NCBI GenBank assembly: GCA_977017645.1
Contig: OZ360247.1
Span: forward strand, 43,958,001 to 44,022,000
DNA from: Torpedo marmorata
Lineage: Eukaryota
Reading direction: 5' to 3'
DNA length: 64,000 nt
Shown: one piece after another, positions 50,701-64,000 of the stretch
Numbering within the stretch: position 1 is the stretch's first letter
How the letters are laid out: every line of letters begins with the position of its first letter
The notes under the pieces: model-generated
What the model saw: only the letters and a program-made list of their open reading frames with translations
The model's database searches: none
What the model was told of the DNA's origin: nothing
Program-made: the position numbers and the translations under genes

Positions 50701-53700
50701 ACAGTTTGGTGTATCCAAGGTTTACAAATCCCAATTTTTCTTCTTTCTTCTGGACCCAGGACCATAAATTCTAGTCCACACTTCTTAACATGACCAGCTT
50801 GTACTGTAATAGTTGGACATGCTATCATGTTACCAATCTATTGGGTAACATGATAACATGTGTATTGGGTAGCAGACAATTTTTAGTTGAACCTATTGAT
50901 GCCTTATGCCACATCAGTCTGATATTCTGTAATATTAACACATTATCACATTCATAAGAATTAGCATCAAGATATTTGCAGCTGATGTTCTGCTGTATTA
51001 TTTATTGCCAGAATGTTTTGTGAACTTTTGTCATCTTTTCATCTATTCTTGATTAAATTAAGTATAGAAATGCTTTGCATATTTTTAAAAATCCAAGTGA
51101 TTTATGATCATGCCTTGATGTTAAGCAATTATATTTAAACATTTTTCTTCCTGTGTTGTCTAGGGGGTGACTGGAACATTTTCACATGCAGTGTTTTACA
51201 ACGGCTCACTGTTCAAAACTAATTTATGTCTTGAAGTGTATGCCTTTTATAATGTAAGATAAATACAGACGGCTTTTGCTTGATTCATTAATATGCCTCT
51301 GTATTCTAGTGGTCTGTGCTGCTCACTTAAAACAAAATTGAGGTACAAGAATTTACAAAATCCTGCCTTGTCATTTGAAGAACTGTTTCATGCACATAAG
51401 AGCTGCAATGCTCGAGTTCTTCCTTGTAACTTTTCAAGCATAACCAAAATAAAATAGAAAATTTACGAATTGATTGCAGTGAAAAATTGCTGAAAATTAT
51501 CTCAAGCGCATCTGTTGATTTTCTATTCCACTAAGTACTCTTTCACTCTTGAGTATTGGCTATACGTTGAAACAAGTGATTGCATGAATCATGTTTTTCT
51601 ATATTCCCACTTCTCCCTGTCCCCAATCCCCATCCGTTAAGCCAGGTATATTTAAAAATATGTGTACAATTTTTGTGGGCAACATTTTAATTATGGGAAG
51701 ATGCACATAAAGCATATAATAATGCATTTGATTAGTGAAGTCTGGATGCAAGTGTTGCACTTTTTTAAAAATCAAAATATTTTCTTGAGTGAAACATTGG
51801 CTTTTTCCTAGCCTAATACAGTATTTTAAAATAAACCTTGCTTAAACACATGTAGAATTTTGGGTTGATATGGCAGGCTGCAGGACAAATGCCATAGTAA
51901 TTCTTGCATTAGCACCAAAGGTTCAGAAGTGGCACGTGTGCTGCATTAACTCCAAGCAAACCAGTAGACTTAAAAGTGGGCTATGCTTAATTGAGGGCAC
52001 GTACTACTAACACTAACCATTATTCTTGAATCAGACTTCTCCTCCTCCCCCCTCCTCCTCATATGCATAGACTCCTTTATAATTTATTGCTGACCCTCCT
52101 CATGAAAAAAGTCATGCTTTTGTACGCAGAAAAAGACACAATGTAAATGTGACAAATAACTCAAGTTATGAGTGTATAATCATTCCACTGTGATACAAAT
52201 GCTTTTCTGTGTAATTAATTGAGTTAATACTTCAAAGATGTAAAAAAAAGTGAAGTGAAAGACAATAATTAATTTTTAAGTAACTTGTGTTAATGTTGCA
52301 CAAAAATTAAGATGTTTTTCATTTCCCTAGTATGGAATGAGGGAGGGTCAAATTATAAGCTTTGAATTATAAATCAAATGTTTTGACCAACTTGACTAAA
52401 CTTATCTAAATTATTGTGGTTAAAGTGGAAGATTCAGATTAGGCTCATTTTTTGTCAGAACTCGAATACATTTTGAATATTTAAAATTTGTATTTGTGCT
52501 AAGTTCCATCAATCATTCATTGAAGATTATTTTAAGACATTTTGTTCCTTAATGTTCTGCGAGCAAAAATGCAGATAGTAATGTGATGACATGCATTTAA
52601 AACGAATAAACTTTTCTGTAATCAGTGCTTCTTGAAACTGAATGAGTGTTGTCTTTCTGTCAGAGATGTGTTAATGTTGCTTATTTTTCTAGTTTTAATA
52701 TTAAATTCTTTAGCTGCATTTAGAGTCCTGACTTAGAGCTTCATTTTGTAATTGCTTGTGCTGTTTTGTGTATTTTTTAATCTTGCTTTGTAATGCTGGC
52801 AAACTAAAATTTTGACTGCAATGTATGATTTAGCTGTTTAAATGTATTATGCCAGTATGAAATGTTAATTTGCTGTTCATGCATCTGCACTGTAAATAAT
52901 CAACCATCTTAATGAGGCTACTCAGACTAAAATTATGCAAATAATTAACTGAATTTCAAGCTACTGCAAGAATATTACCAGTGTGATTCTGCCACCCATG
53001 TCCATGAAGATGCTGCCAACTTTTCCGTAGGAGCCAACAATTATGCTACTCCAATGCAACGGTCTCCTTTCAGAGGTTTGAGTTGTAATCCTTATTATTT
53101 GTGAAATTTGCTTAAATTCCGTCCTTTCGTTATGTGGAAGGAAAAGTGAATCATTTAAGTTTTCTTTCCTAAAGGGATGGTTTTGCATTGTTAAAACCCT
53201 TTATGTGCAGTCAATCTGATAAGTTAATATATGCAGTTGTATTTGACTCGGGTGATGTTAACAGTAATAGCATATGTCGTATACATCATATTTTGATGGG
53301 TGTTCCAAAAAAGGTATTAAACGCAGTGTTCCCTTGGTTCTCTTTCGCTGTGGAGCTCAATTACTACATTAACTCATGATGAACACTGAAATTGTAATTG
53401 TGAGCATGATGTGTGTTGGTTCTATACTAACATTGGTTGCAGTTTTTACACAATGCCTGATTTACTTTGTTGAGCCAAGCCTGTGCTTTTATTTTTTTGT
53501 CCATATTTTATACATTGTAGTGATGAATAACAAAGAACCAATGAAGTTGTCAAGAAGAAGCTTTCCATTTTACTCCTTTCCCTGCATTTTCTTCCTATCC
53601 TCCATACCGCAAACAACAAAAATGCAAATAACTGAAAGTTAGGAATGTCAACATTTTGTATTTTCACTGATGTAATTTCATCTCAACAGAAGAGACATAA

Positions 53701-53934
53701 TATAGTGTATTACATGGTGTGGATCTTCTGTTTTCACAAAGCAATAGTTCAGAATTTACAATCAGCAACACAGTGGCATTGGTGTTTACCTTGTAGGAAG
53801 GTTTCTTTGCTGATCTGCCAGTTGCTTTGGTGTGAACTTTGCTCATGCAGATAACTGTTTAGTCCTAGTAGCAATAACATGAGTTCAATTGAAGAATTCT
53901 TGTACTGCAAATCAAAAAACAGAAAACCTAACTA

Positions 53935-54421
53935 CCGTATTTTCACTCATATAATACGCACACACATATAACACACACAAAATCATAAATTGTGTAAAAA
54001 TATTTTCGTATAGCGCGCACGCATATACCGCGCGGGTGTAGTATTCTAAATTCCGATTGACAAAAGCAATTTGCATTTAATTGGAACATGAGACAAAACA
54101 CATTCCATAGTCCCAGTATCTGCCACAGTTAATCTCCTGCTATTTACACCCATTCAACTTCCCTCAGTTGTGTCAATCGCCCATTATAGATGATATTCTC
54201 CTGCAACACATTAACAAGCTTTGGAGAGGAATCAATTAAATAGATCGAAGACAGGCTTCAGAGTTAAGCAGGATTTTAATTCTGTCATGATTTAAATTGT
54301 GCACATTGTTTCAACATGTAAAAATATTCTCGTATAGCGCGCACATGCATATAATGGGTGGGGGGGGGTACCTGGTTTGTAAAAAACGAATATAACACGC
54401 GCATAACGTGTAAAAATGTGG
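53935..54421. mobile_element. Non-autonomous Tc1/pogo-superfamily element (CCGTATTT-type ends)
   Basis: TA|CCGTATTTTCAC ... GTAAAAATGTGG|TA; internal repeat AAAATATT(T/C)TCGTATAGCGCGCAC present twice. Confidence 0.6.
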
Positions 54422-54574
54422 TAATAACTATTTTATTAGGATCTACAGCAAATAAAATCCTTTTGATAAAATAATTGTGATAAAATAGATGCTGAACAAT
54501 AGCTGTAGGTCAGCAAGCTATTAAAATCTCACTGGGACCTCAAAATCCAGAAGTGTAAGTTTTACTGGATAATT

Positions 54575-55335
54575 TACTGCACTTAGTAATGACAAGGCCA
54601 TTTCAGCCCATTATGTGTATGGTGACTCAAGCAATCCAAGTCCCCAATAAATTTCCCAGAGGGAACTACACAGTTACCAGGCAAATGTGCAAACTCCATA
54701 CAGATAGCCCGAGAGGTCAGGATTGAATCTGGGTCACTGGAGCTATGAAGCAGCAGCTTCACCAGTGTGTCATGCAGAAGTTGGACTATTTTACATTCAC
54801 TACAGTCCTAGTGCCTTCATGGTTTAGGCAATGAGCAAAATGGGCTGCAGAGGAATGCTGAATCACTGAGGCACTGTTGGGGTATAAACATTAAACAATG
54901 CACATGGGCAAATTCAAAAGTTGCTGTCAGTTTTGTGGAATAACACTTCAGCTTCAGTGTTGCAAAATCCAGGCCATGGGTGTAGAAATGGCTGGATATC
55001 CATCTATTTGTAGTTTATTTTAGGCACCCTTCAACTCGGAACATTGATGGAACTGAAAGATCCAGGGGTGGTCTGGGACTTTGGTCAATGACAGCACTAG
55101 CTATGGTGCATTTCCTTACCAACAATAAAGTTCAACTGCACAAAAACATGCCCTTCAATCCATTGATACACCATTTACACTGATAACATTATATTCCATC
55201 ATTCACCAACCCGTATGTCTTTGGGAAATGGGGAGAACGCTGGGGAATGTGCAAACTCCACAAAGGCAGCACTGGAGGTCAGGATTAAACCTGGGCCACT
55301 GGAGCTATGAGGCAGCAGCCCCACCTGTGCTGCCA
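54575..55335 (-). mobile_element. Two older V-SINE fragments (54575-54775 and 55200-55335)
   Basis: Both contain GTGCAAACTCCA..GAGGTCAGGATT..CTGGG..ACTGGAGCTATGA.GCAGCAGC. Confidence 0.7.
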
Positions 55336-58300
55336 AGTTATGAAATCTGGAAGAAAATGGGATACCTTTTTAAAAAAAAATAAATTGATTAATCATTGAA
55401 AGGCTCTTCACATGGTTATGTGCCATTCCTAATTTTGCAAGGTTTATATTGTTTATTCTTTGTCAGGAGATCTGTTTCTGTAAATTTAACTGAGGAGCAC
55501 TGCAAATTTTTCTGTGACTTGTGATTTGTAAATTACAAGGTTTATCTTCCTCACTAGAAATTGCTGGGATATTTGTACACTAATGGCCAAAATGTTAATC
55601 TCATACCTCTCAGCAAATTGTGGCTGAGGAGTTGCATCTTGTAATTTGCAATGAGTACTATAATTAGAGATCCCCAAGTAAGAAAATAAAAAATAACCTT
55701 GAAACTATTCCCTGAACATTTACTGTACAAGATTATTTGTATCTTTTAACAACACGTTGAATTGTTAGAATTGTGACATGTTCGGCACAACTTTGTGGGC
55801 TGAAGGGCCTGTATTGTGCTGTCGGTTTTCTATGATTCTAATTGTCAGTGTCATCCATGTTATTGTTAATATTGCCTGGTGCCAGCTGCATGATCTTGCC
55901 AGATACTCCTTCAACGGCCACTGAAACCTAACTCTTCAACCCTTTAGGTTATCTGTAGACCTGACTACTTCAATGTGCTTCAAGCTAACCTCCACGTGCT
56001 TCCGTTTTCTATAAAACAAAGCTCATCCAAAATTCTTTTGCCCACATGCTGATTTGTACCAAATCTCTTTCTCCCACCATACTTGGGTTCATTAGCTCCC
56101 AGTGACCAACATTTTCATTTTAAAGTTCTTAACCTTGTTTTCAAGTTGTTCTGTGCTGTACTGATCTTCATTTCCACAACCAGCTCCATCCAGACTCTTG
56201 TACACATCTTATTTCAATCACTTGCACCATTGCCAATTGTGTCTAGCTCTGAAGACCCCAAACTCTGGAACCTCATCTCTAAATTCTTCACCCTTCTTTC
56301 TTATAAGCTACACCATAAAAGCTCTTTCATCTGCCTTAATCTCTTATGACACTGAAACTTTTGTTTGCAAGTAATTTGAAATATTTTATGATATTAAAAT
56401 TATTATGTTAATGTTAAATCATTGGTACATATTTTCTTTTTTAGAGTGTTACTGGGGTAATATCCTTGAGCTTCTTAAGTGAGAGGTTAACTTAAAGTTG
56501 AAATGTTCAGCATTCAGATTTGGTCAGAACCACCTGGATTCTAAAGTCCAGGAGTTGTATTTCATTGATTACAAACATATTATATCTGATATCTTTCTAT
56601 CAAAGCATTCTAAACATTTCTGAAGTAGTTATTGAAGAAGTGCATGGTTACACATTTCTGTCTAGATTTATAGAGTGCAGGCTTAGAGTATATTTTATAC
56701 CTGGTATTACTCAAAAAACAAACATGGAGTGAAAGTGTACTTGGATGAAAAGAAGTCACATTATATCCCTATATATTGCCAAAAAATGAACCACGTGACT
56801 GGAAAGTAACTGCTCAAAGTGGACCCTAAAGCAGAAGCTGTCCCTGTTCTCACTAGTATCTTATACTGACCTCATTTGCTAAACAGCACTTGTTTCTTCA
56901 CTGTTCCCACCTAACAAGTGGTATTTCTTTTTTACAGCATTTTGATCGTGGCGATGTTGTGGTGATGGTAAACTTAGCAGTGGTAATTTTATTTCAGACT
57001 GAATTACTTTCCCTCTGTCATCAGTGCACCAATATGAAAGGCTTATTTTCCTTCTCTGTTTAGCGTTCATTCTGCTGCTTGATATTCATTACCTTTTTTT
57101 CTTAGTAAAATTATTTAAATGCATCTGTCCTGAGTGTTAATTGTTGTCCATTAGGGATTAAATGGTGCAAAGCGACTTTGTTATTTGTGCTATGTAAATC
57201 AAATATATTGAACATCAATGTATAATATTGTTCAAGAGTTGATTTTACCCATTTGCTGGGCACTTGCAAGCTGCTGCAAATATTAAAAATTTAAAAAAGA
57301 TCATTACTAATAATAATAATTGTAAAATATTCTTAATCTGTACAGCAACCTAATCTAACCCTTCACAATGTACCCAAATAAATTATACAAGTCAATGACT
57401 TGTATAACATTTTTTTAGTATTTGTCTTGTGCAGATTAAATCTGAGCCCATTGGCTAATCAGTATGCTATTTGCGAATTGGCTTGCTCCGAAATAAAAAT
57501 CAGTGTGGATGATTATTTTGGTAAATTTAAATTTTTAATTCAAATGACATCATTTTGCTGTGTAGAAATTAATTTGTATTCCACCAAATTTGTTGAGCAT
57601 CCAAGGTAAGTAGTTTGTTTCATCACACTCAGCAGACAGCTGCTGATTGTGTCTTGATTTAGATATGTGGTAGTAAAGTGCTAGGCTGTCACATTTGCTT
57701 TGTTTGGCTGGTTGAGTGGATTCAAACTTTCTGATTCTTAAACATAGTTCAATTAGTACAGTTGAAAGTTTAATTTTCTTTGCATAAGTCCTTTTCACAG
57801 CTTAGACTCCTGCATCAGCATGTTTGATCTAAACCTGAAAGTAATGGGTAAACACCTGTATTGCAAAGTTGATAAATTGTCTGTTGTGGCTTATATACAA
57901 TTATGTATATGTTATCTGAACTTCAATTTTTTGGGTAAGCAGGACTGAGGTTGGAAGTTCTGCTCTCGAAGGCATGTTTGTTCATAAAAGCCATAATGCA
58001 GGAAGGGTAAATTACTTCCTAAGCCCAATTTTTAAAAAAATGAAGTGCGGCTGCTATTTGTTGAACCCGTCATAACTATGTGCAGTATTCATGTACTTGC
58101 AACCAAAATGTGATTTTAAACTACTTAATCAGACTTTTTGTATTTTTACCTTCAAACGTGCTCTTTAATTTATTGTAAATGGTGATGGTTGAATTGTTGC
58201 TTTTTTTCTCGATCTCTTTAAAAAAAAATCTTGGAATATGTTATTCAATTTCACTTTTAAAGATTATTAATTTCATCTTCCTTTTCCTTCCCTATTCCAC

Positions 58301-58374
58301 TGTCATCTCCAAAACAAAAATAGAACTTCAATGTGATGTAACTTTCAAAAATCTCTCTCTGGTTCAGTAAAATA

Positions 58375-59080
58375 CCGTATATTTCGGCGTATAAGTCGAC
58401 CCTTGAAACCCTCAAAAATGTCTCAAAAAACAGGGGTCGACTTATACACCGAATATACTTTTGAGACCTTAAAATCAGCTCAAAATCGAGTTCACGCCGA
58501 TTCGGCGTATAAGTCGACCCCTGAAAACACGATTCGGCATATAAGTCGACCCCTGAAAACACGATTCGGCGTATAGGTCGACCCTGGAAGCGCCTCCCCA
58601 CCGCCGGCGCCGCCTCTCCACGACACCTCCCCACCGCTGGGCGCCGCCATAAACCACCCAGACATTCTACAATTGTAGAGCCCGAGGTCCCCGCTCCTAC
58701 CCGGGAGAACGAGCTCCCCACTCCTACCCGGGAGAACGAGCTCCCCGCTCCTGCTCGGGACAAAGACGTCGCCGCACCTGCATCTTCCCGGCCAGAAGCA
58801 AAGGTTTTTTTTTTTTACTGTTTTCTTTACTTACTTGCTTAATTTACAGCTTTGTTACTTGGCGATTGGGATGTTGTAACAAATTTTGGGTTGTCGCTGG
58901 GAGGCCCAGACAGCCTGAAAATTGGGGGTCGACTTATACGCCGGTCAATGCGCAACATCTCAGGCATCGCGATTTTTGGGGGTCGACTTATACGCCGGAT
59001 ATACCATAAAACCATTAAAATGAGGCTGAAAAAGGGGGGTCGACTTATCTGCCGGTCGACTTATACGCCGAAATATACTG
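58375..59080. mobile_element. Non-autonomous DNA transposon (Tc2/pogo-like) with multiple subterminal repeats
   Basis: TA|CCGTATATTTCGGCGTATAAGTCGACC ... GGTCGACTTATACGCCGAAATATACTG; the GGCGTATAAGTCGACCC motif repeats in both orientations; 27-bp tandem repeat at 58683-58760; CpGs are retained. Confidence 0.85.
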
Positions 59081-59469
59081 TGATTTAAATCCTTGGCCAA
59101 CCCATCAGCTAAATCTCTAGAATTTAAAATTTCAATTTTTACACCATTTGTTTGTACGGTCAAGCTGTATAAACACATCCTTTAGCATTTTATTGTAATT
59201 ACACAACAGCATATTTGCAACTTTGATTTTAAGCATGCTAAATGATATGAATAATAAATTATTCTCGTTTCCTACAAGTAAAATGATGATTAGTGTGCAA
59301 ACCTGTGTGTGTTACCTAATCTTCACTGTTCCAGAAAACTTACAATGAAAGTGCTGTTAAAACTAAGCTGTGAGAATGGCTTCTATTTGGTTCACTGTAG
59401 CTTTCTGACCTCTGCACTCAAGGCAAGATCTTTACCCACCAGTCCCTCTGAGCACGTAATTATAGCTGA

Positions 59470-59598
<129 letters not shown>

Positions 59599-60532
59599 TA
59601 ACAGCAAGCTTTTAATTAATTTTCTTTTCAAGTCTATAATTGATTTAGACAGTAAATTTAATTCTAACTTGTGTGTTGGTACACCAATCAATAGGTTGTC
59701 TCCAGTGTTGGAATAAATTACAAAACCCCTGAGGAAATAGTAAAAGAATAGGCTCTTCAAGTCTTTGCTAAAGTGTGCTGTTTTTGATAGGAACCAGAAC
59801 TAACTTGGATTCATTCATTGTCATTTTACATCTGTGGAGAGAACATACAAATTAAAATTTTATTGTGACTCTCTTGAATCTCAGGGTTGTATGTGATGTC
59901 ATGCATGTACTCTGACAATAAATTTGAACTTTGTGACGTTCCTTCCAATGGGGCATCCACAAGTGCACATTGATTTTCTTGTGTTTCCAGCATATCCTAT
60001 TATCAGATTTCCTTCATCTGCTTTTTTTGTTGACTATCTTCATATGAGCTTTCAGCCATTTGATCTGAATCCTGAAATTCTACCCAGCCCTGAAAACAAC
60101 TATATGGAAGTACATTTATCAACAGGACAGTAGAGGTTGAAGGTGGTTCACTTTCTCAACATCCTGGGAAAGGCAATAAGTAATGACTTTACCACTGACA
60201 CTGAGATCCTGAAAAATAAAGAAAATGATCATTTTTGAAACATTAAATTTCAATAATACTCGTGTTTTCAGAATGATTTATTGCATTACCAATGTGTTTG
60301 GGCTTTAAGAAATGTGATTCTACTTATTTCTACAATATCCAAAATTTGAAATGATTGCACTAACATTTAAAGTATTTATTTACTGATGGCTTAAAAATAC
60401 AAATAAATTGTTAGATTTTATTATGCAAGAGATTAAATGTAATTATTATACAATAATACAGAATAATGCTACTTTTGCTCTTGCATCAGTTTTCTATCAC
60501 TTCATTAGTTGGTATAAATCAGTTAGGATTTT

Positions 60533-60770
60533 GGGCAGCATGGTTAGGGCAATGCTTTTACAGCACCAGCGACCCAGGTTTGAATCTGCCACTGTCTATA
60601 AGGAGTTTGTATGTTATCCCCATATCGGCGTGGGTTTTCTTCGGGTGCTGTGGTTTCCTCACACATTCCAAAGATGTATGGGGTTAGTAAGTTAATTGGT
60701 CATGTGGGTGTATTTGGGCAGCACGGGCTTGTGGGCCTGAAAGGCTTGTTACCGTGCTGTATCTCAAAAT
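60533..60770 (+). mobile_element. HE1-like SINE, near full length
   Basis: GGGCAGCATGGTTAG head, V-core and CR1-derived tail GGGCCTGAAAGGCTTGTTACCGTGCTGTATCT. Confidence 0.85.
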
Positions 60771-61059
60771 ATCTTAAAAAATATTATCACAGCAAGCCAC
60801 TCCATCTAGTGTTCTGACAGCAAATTGAACACTTCAAAATAAAGCAAGAGATCCTAAAAATAGATATTCTTACCCCTGCATTCAGAGAACTTTAGGGGCT
60901 GATGATGAATGCTAGTGCATTTAAACCCATGATAAAATCTAATATGATTTCATTTATTAATAATTACTGCCATGTTGGAAAGCCAAATTATAATTATAAT
61001 TCTTCCAAACAATGTACAAATTGGGCAGTGAAGTTCTCAATTTTTCCCTCCATGGAGAA

Positions 61060-61410
61060 TAGTTATAGAGTCCTACAGCACGGAACAGACCATTCGGCCA
61101 AACGGATCCATGCCAACCAAGTTGGCATTCTGGACTGGTCCCATTTGCCTTAATTTGCTCCATATCCTTTGAAACCCTTTTTATTCATATATTTGTCCAA
61201 ATGTCATAATTGTACCGGCTTCCATAGTTTCTTCTGGCAGCTCATTCCAGATATGGACTACTATCTGAGTGAAAATGTTGCCCCTTAGATCCCTTCTTAA
61301 ATCTCTCTCCTCACCTTAAACCAATGCCTGTAGTTCTAGAATTGTCTACACTGGGGAAAAAGACTGACATTATCTTTATCCATGCCACTCATGATTTTAT
61401 ATACCTGTAA
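61060..61410 (-). mobile_element. CR1 3' fragment
   Basis: TACAGCACGGAACAGACCATTCGGCC..CTGGCAGCTCATTCCA..GAAAATGTTGCCCCT. Confidence 0.7.
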
Positions 61411-61944
61411 AAAGTCGAGTGAGGAAAGAGTCAAATTAGTTTGCTAATTATTTTGTGGTTATGCTATGTGTACTTGTGTAAAATTTGGTCTAATTCAACT
61501 CTTAAATAAAACTACTTATAAAATACAATCATTCTCTCCATCTTCAGAGCACCATGTGCAACATCTACAGAACACAGTATAGCATTTGCTTTCAGGCTTC
61601 TTTGACATTCCTCCCAAACTCTTGACCAGGAAGGCATTTGGAATCTCCAACCATAAGTTCCTCTCCCAGTTGCCCACAATTTTGACTTGGAAATACATCA
61701 TCATTTTATTGTCACTGGAACTTGCTGTATAATATTATTGGCTATCTACATCAGATTAGGACAGATGCACAACGCTGGCTTTGCCAGTATTACCTGATGC
61801 CATGAATGATTAAAAAACGATGCCAAGGAATGTCTTCCACATTTGGATTGAATAAAAGTGAGAGTTAATATTTGTTTTACAATATTTTTATTGGTGACCC
61901 ACTTTATTCAAGTATACAAATTTTATGATAATGTCTTATTATAG

Positions 61945-62076
<132 letters not shown>

Positions 62077-62799
62077 TAATCTAGTTTAAAATAATTATTA
62101 ATGTGTGCATGGAACATCATAAAACAAACATCGTAATATAGCAAGCAAAAGTTGGATTCATTAAGTCTCAAACTGCATGATTGTGATTTCATTTCCTTTT
62201 CAAAAATGTTCCTGAATATTCCGACTAACTTGCCATGAATATTGCTCTCAAGTATGTTTTCTGATTTTTCTTTTAATTTTACAACTGAAAATGCTACAAA
62301 TTAAGACTAATTTTTCAAGATTTGATTTGCTTAGCTGCATTTAGCTAGTATTGGGTTTATACTCAAGGATTTTTAAGCCACAAACATTTATAAAGTTGAA
62401 AAATTACATTTTGCGTTTTGTCTTCTGGGCTGATTCATTGAGAGAAAGGGGGTTCATAATGTTGAAATTTTGACTTTTAATGCTAACTGATTTGGAAGTT
62501 TTTTTATAAAATGTTTTCTCGTCCAGATGCACAGTTCATTGTTGGATTGTGGGTTTTGGCAAGACCAGCATTTAATCATTATTCCTGGTTGAACAATTGC
62601 TCTGAGATATAGAAATCTAGGATTTTGCCTCAATGCTGCCAGAGGAATGGCAATGATCGGTCTATAGAATTGGTGTATTACTTGAATGGTTGCTTCAAAG
62701 TGCTGTAATTGTCTCAATTATTACAAACTAGATTTGGGAGGTATTTCTGATCGCATCTGAAGGAGTGATATTAGGATTGTTATACAGTAGTTAGTTTCC

Positions 62800-63835
62800 A
62801 TGCCTTTAATTTTGGACGAAATAGACGATGGATATTCTGTTCATGATTGCTGTCCAGCTAGAATTGATCATGCAAGTAAGCGATAGAAACCACAGGATTA
62901 AAGAATCATTAATAGTTCATATATGAAATTGGCTAAGGAACAGGAAAAAGAGGCAAGGGAAGAGATTACTGGGTCTTTAAGATGTTTAAATCTTCACTGG
63001 ACACAAGTGAGGTACCAGGTAACTGCAGGTCAGCAAACATTGTCCGCCTTTTCAAGAAAGGCAATAGGGAAAAGCCTAGTAACAATAGACCTGTGAGCTT
63101 GATATCAGCGGTAAGGAAGATATCTGTAAAAACTTCTGAGAGACTGGGTTAATGGTCACTTGGAAAGGCAGGGATTAATCAGAGATAACCAACATGGCTT
63201 TCTGAAGGGAAATTCCTGTCTGACCATAGAACACTATAGCACAGAAACAGGCCCCTTCAGCCCTTCTAGTCTGTGCGGAACCATTTGTTTTGCCTAGTCC
63301 CACTGACCTGCACCCAGTCCATAGCCCTCCATACCTCTCCCATCCATGTACCTGTCCAAATTCTTCTTAAATGTTAAAATTGAGCCCACATTCACCACCT
63401 CAGCTGGCAGCTCGTTCCACACTCCCACCACTCTCTGTGTGAAGAAGTTCCCCCTCATGTTTCCCCCCCTAAATTTGATTGAATTCTTTGAAGAATTAAT
63501 AAAGTGTATTAATGAGGACAGGGCAGTAGATGTGCGTTATGTGACCTTTAGTAAAGTTTTTGACAAAGCCCCATGTGGGAGACTGGTTCAAAAAGTTAGG
63601 ACCCATGGGATCCAAATCAAGTTGGCAAGCTGAATCCAAGGTCAGGTTGATAGTATGAGACAGAGGGCAATGGCAATAGGAGATAGGAGGTTGTTTTTTG
63701 TGACTTGATGTCTGTGACTAGTGGTATCCCAGAGGATCAGTTCTAGGACCCTTATTGTTTGTACAATGCAAATTATTTAAATGTGGATGTGGGAGGCAAA
63801 GTCAACAAGTTTGTGGATGATGCAAAGATTGGAAA
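62800..63835 (+). mobile_element. Degraded CR1 RT region with a nested minus-strand CR1 tail (about 63225-63470)
   Basis: ANIVRLFKKG, RPVSLIS, NQHGFLKG, LIEFFEE, FSKVFDK and KFVDDAKIG motifs. Confidence 0.8.
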
Positions 63836-63839
63836 GTAA

Positions 63840-64000
63840 AACACGAAAATCTGTAGACACCGTGGTTGAAGTAAAAAACACAAATGCTGGAGAAACTCAG
63901 CAGGTCAAACAGTGTCTTTTATGTAGCAAAGGTAGAAATACATAACCGACGTTTCGGGCTTGAGCCCTTCATCAAAGTATGAGAAAATGCTGGTAGGCGT
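63840..64000 (-). mobile_element. Penelope-type tail
   Basis: ATGCTGGAGAAACTCAGCAGGTCAAACAGTG..GACGTTTCGGGCTTGAGCCCTTCATCAA, the reverse complement of 15920-16010. Confidence 0.75.

Noticed and set aside
58375-59080. Repeat-spacer-like GTCGAC motif array and a 168-aa minus-strand ORF
   Set aside because: The repeats occur in both orientations and are bounded by TIRs, so they are transposon subterminal repeats.

Overview
Vertebrate genomic DNA, most likely from a cartilaginous fish (ray/skate-like repeat set: HE1-type SINEs, CR1, AT-rich L1, Rex1/Babar, Penelope tails, DeuSINE). One host gene is present on the + strand: the 5' part of GPATCH8, a G-patch splicing cofactor. It has a CpG-island promoter at about 9.1-9.6 kb and coding exons 1-5 (9438-9483, 28310-28384, 37801-37873, 59513-59580, 61945-62031), and it continues past the window. 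As assembled, exon 1 carries one extra base that frameshifts the ORF. Upstream DNA and intron 1 are almost entirely transposable elements, whereas parts of introns 2 and 3 are long, repeat-free and rich in splice signals. Most notable observations: (1) a candidate splice-sensor or poison-exon module in intron 3, which interrupts the G-patch domain; (2) a non-autonomous hAT element that seems to have captured the first exon of a zf-HIT (ZNHIT3-like) gene, inside a nested TE stack; (3) a LINE tail inserted into the exon 2 acceptor that supplies the probable branch point; (4) an L1 with a twin-priming 5' inversion; (5) a Helitron helicase fossil missed by the ORF track. All family assignments come from motif recognition by eye; no database searches were run.
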